DNA of 64,000 nt from Pirellulales bacterium (GTDB lineage Bacteria > Planctomycetota > Planctomycetia > Pirellulales > PALSA-1355), in the NCBI GenBank assembly GCA_963733035.1, contig CAVTBU010000006.1, positions 832,001-896,000 on the forward strand, written 5' to 3'. The notes under the pieces are model-generated. The model saw only the letters and a program-made list of their open reading frames with translations, had not been told where the DNA came from and made no database searches. The position numbers and the translations under genes were made by a program. Of this stretch, positions 10,161 to 18,389 are shown piece after piece. Position 1 is the stretch's first letter; each line of letters opens with the position of its first letter.

Positions 10161-10200
10161 CTTGGACATTGACTTATCAATCTAATCCGCCAACTTCACC

Positions 10201-11217
10201 ATGATTCGACATGCCCGCCGTTGCCTGAGTGGTCTCCTGCCCTGCTTTGTCATTCTTTCGTCTAATCTGTCAGCATTGGCCGTCATGATTCCCACCGTCC
10301 CAGTGGGCAATCTTGGCAACGCCAACGACTATACAGGCTACGGCAGCGTCAGCTACGCGTACAACATCGGCAAGTACGAGGTCACCAACGCCCAGTACGC
10401 CGCGTTCCTGAACGCCAAGGCAGCAAGTGATCCCCTGGCCCTCTACAACACAAACATGGGCAGTATTGCCTTCGGCGGCATCACTCGTAGTGGCGTCAGC
10501 GGCGGCTACACCTATGCGACCAAAACGAACATGGCAGACAAGCCGGTGGTGTTTGTGAGTTGGTACGACTCGATCCGCTTTGCCAACTGGCTCAATAACG
10601 GGCAGGGGTCGGGCGACACCGAAACCGGCGCATACACTCTGTTGGGCGGCACGCCCACGCCCTCGAATGGCCTGAGCATCACCCGCAACTTGGGAGCGAC
10701 GTGGTTCCTGCCGAGCGAAGACGAATGGTACAAGGCGGCCTATTATCAACCGGCCGCACAGGGAGGCGATGCGGACAACTACTGGCGCTATCCCACGGCC
10801 AGCAACACCATACCCACGATCGCCACGGCCAACAGTGTGGGCGATATTAGTAACCCTGGCTCGAACGTTGCCAACTTCAACGGCGGCGCGGATTGGAACG
10901 GCCTAGACAGCAACGTGACGACGGTCGGCAGCGCTGGACCCTTGAGTGAGAGCTTCTACGGCACGTCTGACCAAGGGGGCAATGTGTGGGAATGGAACGA
11001 AGCTCTGCTCTTCGAGTCGTTTCGGGGCTTGCGGGGTGGTTCGTTTGACTACGTCGTGAGCGGCTTGGCGTCCTCGCAGCGGACCTTCTTGAACCATCCG
11101 ACCTACCAGTACTTCAATGTCGGTTTCCGCGTGGCAAGCATTCCTGAGCCAAATACGGCAGTTCTAGGAATCGTCGGTTGTGCGTTGATGTGGGTACTAC
11201 GAAAGTGGTTCAAGTAG
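10201..11217 (+). CDS. SUMF1/FGE-sulfatase domain PEP-CTERM protein
   Basis: IGKYEVTNAQY, LPSEDEWYKAA, DQGGNVWEW, RGGSF, VGFRVA, IPEP + TM. Confidence 0.92.
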   Translation: MIRHARRCLSGLLPCFVILSSNLSALAVMIPTVPVGNLGNANDYTGYGSVSYAYNIGKYEVTNAQYAAFLNAKAASDPLALYNTNMGSIAFGGITRSGVSGGYTYATKTNMADKPVVFVSWYDSIRFANWLNNGQGSGDTETGAYTLLGGTPTPSNGLSITRNLGATWFLPSEDEWYKAAYYQPAAQGGDADNYWRYPTASNTIPTIATANSVGDISNPGSNVANFNGGADWNGLDSNVTTVGSAGPLSESFYGTSDQGGNVWEWNEALLFESFRGLRGGSFDYVVSGLASSQRTFLNHPTYQYFNVGFRVASIPEPNTAVLGIVGCALMWVLRKWFK

Positions 11218-11239
11218 CCCTTTAGCTCTTAACCTTGAC

Positions 11240-11269
11240 CCCCGGTGGTCTCAGACCACTGGGGCTTTT
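11240..11269 (+). terminator. intrinsic terminator
   Basis: CCCCGGTGGTC-TCA-GACCACTGGGG then CTTTT. Confidence 0.7.
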
Positions 11270-11361
11270 CTCATGCGCTCAGCACTCAAAGGATGCCCGT
11301 AAACGTGGCATATGCCAGCCAGGAAAAAACAAGGAATGCGAAAACATGCCAAGCGAGCAAA

Positions 11362-11619
11362 TGACCTTCCCCACGATTCGTGGCGCGCGACAGAACTGGC
11401 ATAATGCCGGTGAAAGGAGCGTGTCATGGGTCGTCGAGTGTATTCGCGTGAGTTCAAGGTGTCGGCGGTCAAGTTGGTGAACCAGCAGGGCTATACGGTC
11501 GTGGAGGCGGCCAAGAGCCTGGGCGTGGACGCCGCCTCGATCCGCAATTGGCTGAAGAAGTTCGGGCCGGAAGTGGGCGTCAGCGCGAGCGGTGACTCGG
11601 CTTTGCGGGCGGAACTGCG
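11362..11619 (+). mobile_element. IS3-family remnant (left end + truncated orfA from 11426)
   Basis: TGACCTTCCCC left-end-like start; RRVYSREFKVSAVKLV...LGVDAASIRNW HTH; cut at 11620 by a RAYT-end repeat. Confidence 0.82.
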
Positions 11620-11681
11620 GGGGAAGAAAAAGGGACATCACTGATTGTTTGGGGAAGAAAAAGGGACATCACTGATTGTTT
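11620..11681 (+). repeat. 2 x 31 bp tandem left-end repeat GGGGAAGAAAAAGGGACATCACTGATTGTTT
   Basis: Exact direct repeat 11620-11650 / 11651-11681. Confidence 0.95.
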
Positions 11682-11715
11682 GACGGGGTTCGCTGGATAG
11701 GGTTACGATGGCGGC

Positions 11716-12057
11716 ATGCCACGCACTGCACGAGCCGTCGAAGCCGGGTTGATCTATCACGTGCTCAATCGTGGGAACGGGCGGATGCGACTGTTTCACA
11801 AGGACGAAGATTACGCCGCCTTCGAGCGAGTGCTGGGCCAGGGGCTGGAGCGGTATCCGGTCGATCTGTTGACCTACTGCATCATGCCAAACCACTGGCA
11901 TCTCGTCGTGCGGCCGCGCACCGACGAGTCGCTGGGGCGCTGGCTGGGCTGGGTCGGCGTGACCCACGTGCGGCGGCACCACGAGCACTATCATCGCCGC
12001 GGCGGCGGGCACCTGTACCAGGGCCGGTTCAAGAGCTTTCCGGTGGAAAGCGACGAG
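11716..12057 (+). pseudogene. truncated RAYT, 5' partial duplicate of copy 2
   Basis: 11680-12057 appears identical to 12153-12530; lacks the catalytic Tyr region. Confidence 0.92.
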
Positions 12058-12124
12058 GAGAAGAAAAGGGGACATCACTGATTAATTGACGGGGTTCGCT
12101 GGATAGGGAGAAGAAAAGGGGACA
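12058..12124 (+). repeat. two further left-end-anchored partial copies (50 and 17 nt)
   Basis: Both start GAGAAGAAAAGGGGACA, at 12058 and 12108. Confidence 0.9.
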
Positions 12125-12877
12125 GAGAAGAAAAGGGGACATCACTGATTAATTGACGGGGTTCGCTGGATAGGGTTACGATGGCGGCATGCCACGCACT
12201 GCACGAGCCGTCGAAGCCGGGTTGATCTATCACGTGCTCAATCGTGGGAACGGGCGGATGCGACTGTTTCACAAGGACGAAGATTACGCCGCCTTCGAGC
12301 GAGTGCTGGGCCAGGGGCTGGAGCGGTATCCGGTCGATCTGTTGACCTACTGCATCATGCCAAACCACTGGCATCTCGTCGTGCGGCCGCGCACCGACGA
12401 GTCGCTGGGGCGCTGGCTGGGCTGGGTCGGCGTGACCCACGTGCGGCGGCACCACGAGCACTATCATCGCCGCGGCGGCGGGCACCTGTACCAGGGCCGG
12501 TTCAAGAGCTTTCCGGTGGAAAGCGACGAGCACTTTCTGGCCCTTTGCCGCTACGTGGAGGCCAACCCACGGCGTGCGAAGCTGGTCGGGCGAGCCGAGC
12601 ACTGGCGTTGGAGTGGGCTGTGGCGGCGGACCTCGCGGGCGACCGACCTGCCGCTGAGCCGCTGGCCCATGCGGCGGCCGGCGAATTGGCAGGAGCGAGT
12701 GAACCGAGCCCTGCCGAGCGAGACGATGACGGCCTTAAGAGAATGCGTACAGCGCGGCCGCCCCTGGGGCGACGCGGCGTGGGTGCAAGAAACGGCCAGC
12801 CGCCTGGACCTCGGCTTCACCCTCCGCGGCCCCGGTCGCCCGAGAAATGGAAATCAGTGATGTCCCCTTTTCCTCTC
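12125..12877 (+). mobile_element. compact HUH/Y1 element with 26-bp terminal inverted repeats
   Basis: Left GAGAAGAAAAGGGGACATCACTGATT (12125-12150), right AATCAGTGATGTCCCCTTTTCCTCTC (12852-12877), 1 mismatch. Confidence 0.85.
12189..12860 (+). CDS. HUH/Y1 tyrosine transposase (RAYT-like), copy 2
   Basis: YHVLNRGN, MPNHWH, YQGRFKS, RYVEANP, GPGRPR; promoter-like TTGACG-N18-TACGAT 6 nt before ATG; stop codon lies inside the right TIR. Confidence 0.94.
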   Translation: MPRTARAVEAGLIYHVLNRGNGRMRLFHKDEDYAAFERVLGQGLERYPVDLLTYCIMPNHWHLVVRPRTDESLGRWLGWVGVTHVRRHHEHYHRRGGGHLYQGRFKSFPVESDEHFLALCRYVEANPRRAKLVGRAEHWRWSGLWRRTSRATDLPLSRWPMRRPANWQERVNRALPSETMTALRECVQRGRPWGDAAWVQETASRLDLGFTLRGPGRPRNGNQ

Positions 12878-12878
12878 C

Positions 12879-12902
12879 CAGTGATGTCCCCTTTTCCTCT
12901 CC
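12879..12902 (+). repeat. second, partial right-end copy CAGTGATGTCCCCTTTTCCTCTCC
   Basis: Tandem duplicate of 12855-12878. Confidence 0.92.
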
Positions 12903-13032
12903 AACGGGCATCAAGTACATCACACCGGGTGGGGAAGCCAACATCCCACAGAGAATCGTCGATTGGCTCCAGGACGGAAACAAAAACGGACTTGGCTACG
13001 CGATCGAAATCGTCGACTTTCCAATTCCATAG
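12903..13032 (+). pseudogene. C-terminal gene fragment, possible polymorphic toxin tip
   Basis: Open frame ...GIKYITPGGEANIPQRIVDWLQDGNKNGLGYAIEIVDFPIP*, no own start, ends 6 nt before the next gene. Confidence 0.45.
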
Positions 13033-13038
13033 GCGGCC

Positions 13039-14094
13039 ATGATGCTTGAGCGTGACGGAGGCCGCCTAGTAGTGTCAAGCCAGCTGCTCTCGGTGGAGGA
13101 GCTGCGATCGACAATCGACACGATTTGCCAGAATCGATCGGGAGCACGTTGGAGTCTATGGTGCTTTGATGGACGCTGGCGACCACCCAATGAATTAGAT
13201 GAAGTCCTGGTGTACCTCCCCCGCCGACTGGCGCCTCTCGCCTGCTTTCGCCTTTGTCAGGACGGAGGAGTCGTCTGCCATGTGAAAGTCAATCTCGATT
13301 GCCGCTATGAACCGGCGATGCTCGGGACGCTCCTGGAGTTTCTCAGGGACTTCCCACATGATCAGGTGTCGGTGGTTGGAATAAGTTGTCGAGTGGTCAC
13401 GCGTTCCGACGCAGACACGTCCGCTGGCAAGTTTCTGTTGACAGTAACTGGACGAACAACACGAAGATTGCCAAACTTTCTCGTTGGGTTGGGTCACGTG
13501 TACGGACTGAAGGACCTCGATCAGCGGCGCCGTTTTTTCGAGAGTGCTATCTCGTTGGGATTGCCGAACGACGTCGAAATCACTTGCTCACATGATGGCT
13601 TTGAACTGCGCTCGACGTCTTCGATCGAATTGAAACAACAAGGCCTTAAGAACGGCCGGAATCCTTATGGCTTCCACGTGGAATCAATCAAGAGCTTTGC
13701 CGAAGCATGGCCGCGCGCCGCCGGTATACTGACCAGCCCTCTAATCGATCACATCAGTACGGTTGGCGTGGGAGTTGTAACAGATCCCGCAGGGTATGTA
13801 AAGTTTCATGAGATACTGAACAACCTCGCCACCGGCTGGGAAGTGCAAATAGACGGTGGCTATGATCCAGATATCGATCCGTACTCAACAGATGCTTCAA
13901 GGTCGCTCGACGGCCGATTTCCAATTCTCACCTGGATGGCAGAAGAAGCTCCTGAATATCTCTACTTTGGGGCCGACATCGTTCCAATGCCTGATGGTCG
14001 CGTGCTAGAGATTCACAGTAACTGTGGCAACATCGAGATGCTACTCGGGGAAGCTGAGTCTGCAAGTGGTATCTCGTTCGCGCCAGTACAATAG
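13039..14094 (+). CDS. hypothetical protein, possible immunity protein
   Basis: 351 aa ORF, visibly lower GC than the flanks; follows a truncated C-terminal fragment. Confidence 0.65.
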   Translation: MMLERDGGRLVVSSQLLSVEELRSTIDTICQNRSGARWSLWCFDGRWRPPNELDEVLVYLPRRLAPLACFRLCQDGGVVCHVKVNLDCRYEPAMLGTLLEFLRDFPHDQVSVVGISCRVVTRSDADTSAGKFLLTVTGRTTRRLPNFLVGLGHVYGLKDLDQRRRFFESAISLGLPNDVEITCSHDGFELRSTSSIELKQQGLKNGRNPYGFHVESIKSFAEAWPRAAGILTSPLIDHISTVGVGVVTDPAGYVKFHEILNNLATGWEVQIDGGYDPDIDPYSTDASRSLDGRFPILTWMAEEAPEYLYFGADIVPMPDGRVLEIHSNCGNIEMLLGEAESASGISFAPVQ

Positions 14095-14134
14095 GGCGCC
14101 AACATAGCCTTCGAGGTCGCCTGCCAAAGCTTGC

Positions 14135-14462
14135 ATGATGCTTGAACAAACTGACAGAATCGACGTTATCGCAAAGACGCCGGATGGCAAGCTGCTTTTC
14201 GTCATTACGGACGCTGGCTTGACTCCGGATCCTGAGGAGCGTTTTCGTCTACTGCTTGCCAAGCTGAGCACCTATGTTGGCTACATCATGGGCGATGACT
14301 TTTCCCGCGAACATCCGGACAAGGCCCCCTCTGACGTCGCCATTCAGATCATGTGTGCGCGCCCCTCCCACGCCACAAATGCAGGGTCTCACCCAAATCA
14401 ATCCGTCCGGTCGCCCCGACCTGACCATTCCGGTGTGCTGCAAATTTTTCGCACAAGGTTAA
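14135..14462 (+). pseudogene. DUF6572-like protein, frameshifted
   Basis: DRIDVIAKTPDG...LLLAKLSTYVGYI pattern; removing one C near 14363 gives ...CARPPTPQMQG...FFAQG*. Confidence 0.6.
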
Positions 14463-14646
14463 GCAGCGTCATGATGCCATGTAGGAAGCCGCTGGTAGGA
14501 TGGCGAGTTGAATTGGACTCGCTCGAATACAGGAGGCTCGACATGGCTGCGTATTTCGTGGGATTGGATGTGCACTTGCCGCCTTGTACAAAAAGAATGC
14601 CACAGCCTGTTCGGCACTTCGGGAGCGTCGTCGAGCCGTGATTTTC

Positions 14647-14675
14647 GGAGAAATTAAAGGGGACGTGAACCTTTT
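14647..14675 (+). repeat. orphan RAYT-type end GGAGAAATTAAAGGGGACGTGAACCTTTT
   Basis: Inverted copy of 9718-9746. Confidence 0.85.
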
Positions 14676-14702
14676 TCTGTTTGTCGGGGCACTTACGAAT
14701 CA

Positions 14703-14888
14703 CTAGGCCGGTCGGGATCCGTTGGGCCGGGTGAGCGGCTGCTGCGGCAGGAGGACAGCGGCACGCCCGCCAGGCGTCTTGAGGACGGGCACCGATTTGC
14801 ATTCTATCGCATTCCCGCTCCGGATGATGGCTTTGACCTTTTCAAGGGCCGTAACTTTTCTCGCCGGTCCGACCCTTCTCACCCGCAT
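14703..14888 (-). CDS. small hypothetical protein (61 aa)
   Basis: ATG-started ORF lying 34 nt from the 321-bp repeat; no family recognised. Confidence 0.35.
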   Translation of the reverse strand: MRVRRVGPARKVTALEKVKAIIRSGNAIECKSVPVLKTPGGRAAVLLPQQPLTRPNGSRPA

Positions 14889-14921
14889 TTTTCTGCCGTG
14901 CGTCGCGATGGAAGCCGCTTT

Positions 14922-15242
14922 GCGACTTTGCCTCTTTCAATCGAGCCAGCCGTTGGGCTAGCCTACGGTCGGCAAATTCTGGACAGGGGACGCGCGGAGG
15001 ACCGTCATGTTTCATATCGGGCAAAATACGAAAGCTGCGGGCTACGACATGTGTCATTTATCAGGTTACAAAAGGCGAAAAGAAAAGTGCGCGCAACTTT
15101 CATCCCGAAAAAATGCCACTCGAAAATCTTGCGAATTCCGAACCGGGCCAGTTGCGAAGTTTGCAGGCCGTCAATCGCCGCTCGCGCTGCCACCGCGACA
15201 CCGAAAAACTCGCGCTGCCGAAAACATGCTTGAAATCGCGCC
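14922..15242. repeat. 321-bp dispersed intergenic repeat, copy A
   Basis: Reverse complement of 42593-42913; ~205-bp core with 3 mismatches by manual alignment. Confidence 0.93.
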
Positions 15243-15604
15243 GGCACTTCTACGACAATTTCGCTTGGCTGGACTTCGCAAACGGCCGTCGACAAAAGGT
15301 GCTGCCCCTCCCTACGTCGCCGTGGCCGGGGCGAGCGTGTCGCTGGGCAGACGGCCGGGCATGGGCGCGGGAAAGGGGCGGGAAATGCGTGTGGCGAAAG
15401 ACAAATCGGGCCGCGCTTTGACAGTGCCCGCGGGGGGCGGTAGCCTGCTACAAGGTCGATTGAGCATTCATTCGGCCGAGCATCGCGTGGCATGGCCGCT
15501 GGCGAGACTGGCAAATGCCACGACTGCCTGGTTTGATAGAAGGATTCCGTTTCCCGCGTTCCGGTTTGATCCCACCCGTTCAATCGCGTTTATCGGAGAT
15601 ACCC

Positions 15605-16174
15605 ATGAAGATTGCTGCCCTGGTCGCCTTCGGGCTGTTGGCGTTCGGCTTTGTTTCGACTGGTTCGGCCGCCGACAAGGAGAGCCCGCTCGACTTCAAG
15701 ATGAAGAGCATCGACGGCAAGGACGTCGACCTGTCGAAGTACAAGGGAGAGGTGGTGCTGATGGTCAACGTGGCCAGCAAGTGCGGCCTGACCCCGCAAT
15801 ACGAGCAGTTGGAAGCGGTTTACAGCAAGTACAAGGACAAGGGTTTCGAAGTGTTCGGTTTTCCGGCCAACGAGTTTGGCAAGCAAGAGCCTGGCACCGA
15901 TCAGGAAATCAAGGAGTTCTGCACGACGAACTTCAGCGTTGACTTCCCGATGTTCTCGAAGATCAAGGTGAAGGGGGAAGGCATCCATCCGCTCTACCAG
16001 TATTTGACCGCGCTCGACACCGAACCGGCCAAGGCGGGGGACATTTCGTGGAACTTTGAGAAGTTTCTGATCGGCCGCGACGGCAAGGTGGTGAAGCGAT
16101 TCAGCCCCCGAGTGAAGCCCGACGCCCCGGAAGTGGTCGAGGCGATCGAAGCCGAACTGAACAAGAAGTCGTAG
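15605..16174 (+). CDS. gpx: glutathione peroxidase with signal peptide
   Basis: VNVASKCGLTPQY, GFPANEFGKQEPG, WNFEKFL. Confidence 0.95.
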   Translation: MKIAALVAFGLLAFGFVSTGSAADKESPLDFKMKSIDGKDVDLSKYKGEVVLMVNVASKCGLTPQYEQLEAVYSKYKDKGFEVFGFPANEFGKQEPGTDQEIKEFCTTNFSVDFPMFSKIKVKGEGIHPLYQYLTALDTEPAKAGDISWNFEKFLIGRDGKVVKRFSPRVKPDAPEVVEAIEAELNKKS

Positions 16175-16217
16175 CACAGAACACGAGAGTCCTTCGCTAA
16201 CGAATCGAGTTTCCAAC

Positions 16218-16261
16218 AGACGGGTTTCGCCTGCACAGCAGCGGGCGGCCCGTCTTTTTTT
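16218..16261 (+). terminator. intrinsic terminator
   Basis: AGACGGG...CCCGTCT stem followed by a T-run. Confidence 0.65.
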
Positions 16262-16339
16262 GTCCCTCCCAAAGCTGAGTGATGTGGTTCGGCGATGTGA
16301 ACAGTGAAATCGGCGACATTGATAACAGGAGTCAACTTC

Positions 16340-16969
16340 ATGCATCGAGTTCTGGCGTACGTGGCGTTCGTGCTATTACTTTTCACCGCCAATGCTGCCG
16401 TGGGTGAACCGTTGGTCTTGGCAACTCTTGGTGCCTACGACGCCACGGATCAGCCGATTAGCGAGATTCCGTTGGGAGGCCAGTTCGAATTGCGCGCCTA
16501 CGTTGAGGACCTGCGCCCCGACACGTTCCCTTCGGGAATCTTCTCCGCCTTTTTGCAGGTTGCCTTCGATCCGTCGCGCATCGCCGCCATGGGGCCCTTC
16601 GAAATAGATTCGTTCTTCAATCTGATTCACGTGACACAGTTGGAATCCAACTCGCTCATCGGCGGGGGTGTCACGAGCTCGATACAACCCCCGGGGCTGG
16701 GCCAGCACCTCTTATTTACGTTGCCAATGCAGGCCACGAGCCCCGGCGTCGTGGCCTTCGATCCCTCGATTGCTCCCGGCGTGGAAAACGAGTGGTTGCT
16801 ATACGGAATTGACGTCCCGTTGACGCCGGACCAAATTCAGCTCGCGGGTACAAGGCTCAGCATCCTTCCCGAGCCATCGCAAATAGCGCTTAGCGGCATG
16901 GGGTCGCTGGCACTGGGGCTCGTCGGACGAAGCGGCCGGCGAAAGCGTCGTCGAGCGATGGTGGATTGA
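16340..16969 (+). CDS. PEP-CTERM protein, cohesin-like beta domain
   Basis: Signal peptide; C-terminal LPEPS + TM + RRKRRR. Confidence 0.8.
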   Translation: MHRVLAYVAFVLLLFTANAAVGEPLVLATLGAYDATDQPISEIPLGGQFELRAYVEDLRPDTFPSGIFSAFLQVAFDPSRIAAMGPFEIDSFFNLIHVTQLESNSLIGGGVTSSIQPPGLGQHLLFTLPMQATSPGVVAFDPSIAPGVENEWLLYGIDVPLTPDQIQLAGTRLSILPEPSQIALSGMGSLALGLVGRSGRRKRRRAMVD

Positions 16970-16971
16970 CG

Positions 16972-17412
16972 ATGCAGCGATCGCAAGCATACGGCATCCA
17001 TATCATATTGCCATTTCTGTTCACAATATTGGCAGCCTGCGAACTGGTTGTCGCCGCGCCGCCACCCGACTTCGCCAGCGAAGTACAGCCGATCTTCGCC
17101 AAACATTGCTACGCATGCCATGGGCCTAAGGAAGAAGAAGGTGGTCTACGGCTCGACGATCGCGCGAGGGCGATGGAAGGCGGGGTGAGCGGGCCGGTCA
17201 TCGTGCCGGGCAAGGCGTCCGAGAGCTATCTCTGGCAGTTTGTCACTGGACGGAACGAAGATCGGATCGTGATGCCACCCAAGGGCAAGGGTGAGCGGCT
17301 GACCGAGGATCAATGTGAAACGATCCGCCGCTGGATCGACGCCGGGGCGATCTGGCCAGACAACGGCGGAACAAAGGCGGTTTCTGTACGCCGCCGTGTC
17401 GGCAAATTATGA
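16972..17412 (+). CDS. planctomycete cytochrome c domain protein
   Basis: FASEVQPIFAKHCYACHG, GGLRLD, MPP, IRRWIDAGA. Confidence 0.88.
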   Translation: MQRSQAYGIHIILPFLFTILAACELVVAAPPPDFASEVQPIFAKHCYACHGPKEEEGGLRLDDRARAMEGGVSGPVIVPGKASESYLWQFVTGRNEDRIVMPPKGKGERLTEDQCETIRRWIDAGAIWPDNGGTKAVSVRRRVGKL

Positions 17413-17480
17413 TGTGACGAGTCGCCAGCGGCTAAAGTCGCCCGTGGTGTAAACCGCGGCTAATTCTGGGAGTGACCTGC

Positions 17481-18329
17481 ATGGAGCGTTGCTTGTCGAG
17501 ACGAGAGTTTCTGGGTGTCAGTGCCGGTGCACTCGTTGCGACCAACTGTAGAGATTTCGCCTGCGCCGCGCCCACTCCCATGCGGTTTGGGGGCTTCCTG
17601 ATGGGGCTGCAGACGTCGTCGATGCGTCCGTTTGCGGTTGACGACGTGCTGGCCGCGATCGCCGAATTGGAACTGCCGAGCGTGGAGTTCATCGATGATC
17701 ACTTCAGCGTCAATTCATCGGATGCTGACATCGAGGCGATGCTGAGCAAGACTCGCTCCCTGGGAATTCGGGTCATGGGACACGGCGTGGATCGTTTTGG
17801 GGCCGATCACGAGGCGAATCGCCGCTGGTTCGAGTTTGCCAAGAAAGCGGGGATCAAAAACATTTCGGCCGATCCCAGCGAGGACGCCTTCGACAGCCTC
17901 GACGAGCTGTGCGAGGAGTACCAGATTCGCATTGCCATCCACAATCACGGTCCCGGTGCACGCTACGACAAGATTGTCGACGTTCTAGACCCCATTGACG
18001 GTCGCCATCGACTGATTGGTGCCTGCGCCGATTTGGGGCACTACATCCGTTCTGACGAAGACCCGGTGCGCGCTATTCGTCTCTTCGAGGGGCGATTATA
18101 CGGCATTCACCTCAAAGACTACGATCAGCGCAACGCCGAGGCCAAGGGAGTGATCATTGGCCAGGGTCATCTCGATCTGGAAGCAGTCTTCGCGGCGCTG
18201 GGCAAAGTGAATTTCCCGGCCGATGGCTGTTTCTCGTTGGAATACGAGGCCGATCGAAAGCATCCACTGCCGGGCATTCGGGCTTGTCTGACTGCGGCCA
18301 ACACCGCGGCCCAGAAAGCGGCAAACTGA
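17481..18329 (+). CDS. sugar phosphate isomerase/epimerase (TIM barrel), Tat-exported
   Basis: SRREFL; IAIHNHGP, CADLGHY, HLKD, LEYE. Confidence 0.9.
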   Translation: MERCLSRREFLGVSAGALVATNCRDFACAAPTPMRFGGFLMGLQTSSMRPFAVDDVLAAIAELELPSVEFIDDHFSVNSSDADIEAMLSKTRSLGIRVMGHGVDRFGADHEANRRWFEFAKKAGIKNISADPSEDAFDSLDELCEEYQIRIAIHNHGPGARYDKIVDVLDPIDGRHRLIGACADLGHYIRSDEDPVRAIRLFEGRLYGIHLKDYDQRNAEAKGVIIGQGHLDLEAVFAALGKVNFPADGCFSLEYEADRKHPLPGIRACLTAANTAAQKAAN

Positions 18330-18389
18330 GTTTCTGACCAATGCGAATTCCAACCAATTCGATCTAGAGAAAATAGGGAGTCCTTCTTC

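Noticed and set aside
11620..12150. CRISPR array
   Set aside because: Repeats are irregularly spaced, the intervening DNA is element sequence rather than unique spacers, and there are no cas genes
15605..16174. Selenocysteine glutathione peroxidase
   Set aside because: The active-site codon is TGC (Cys)
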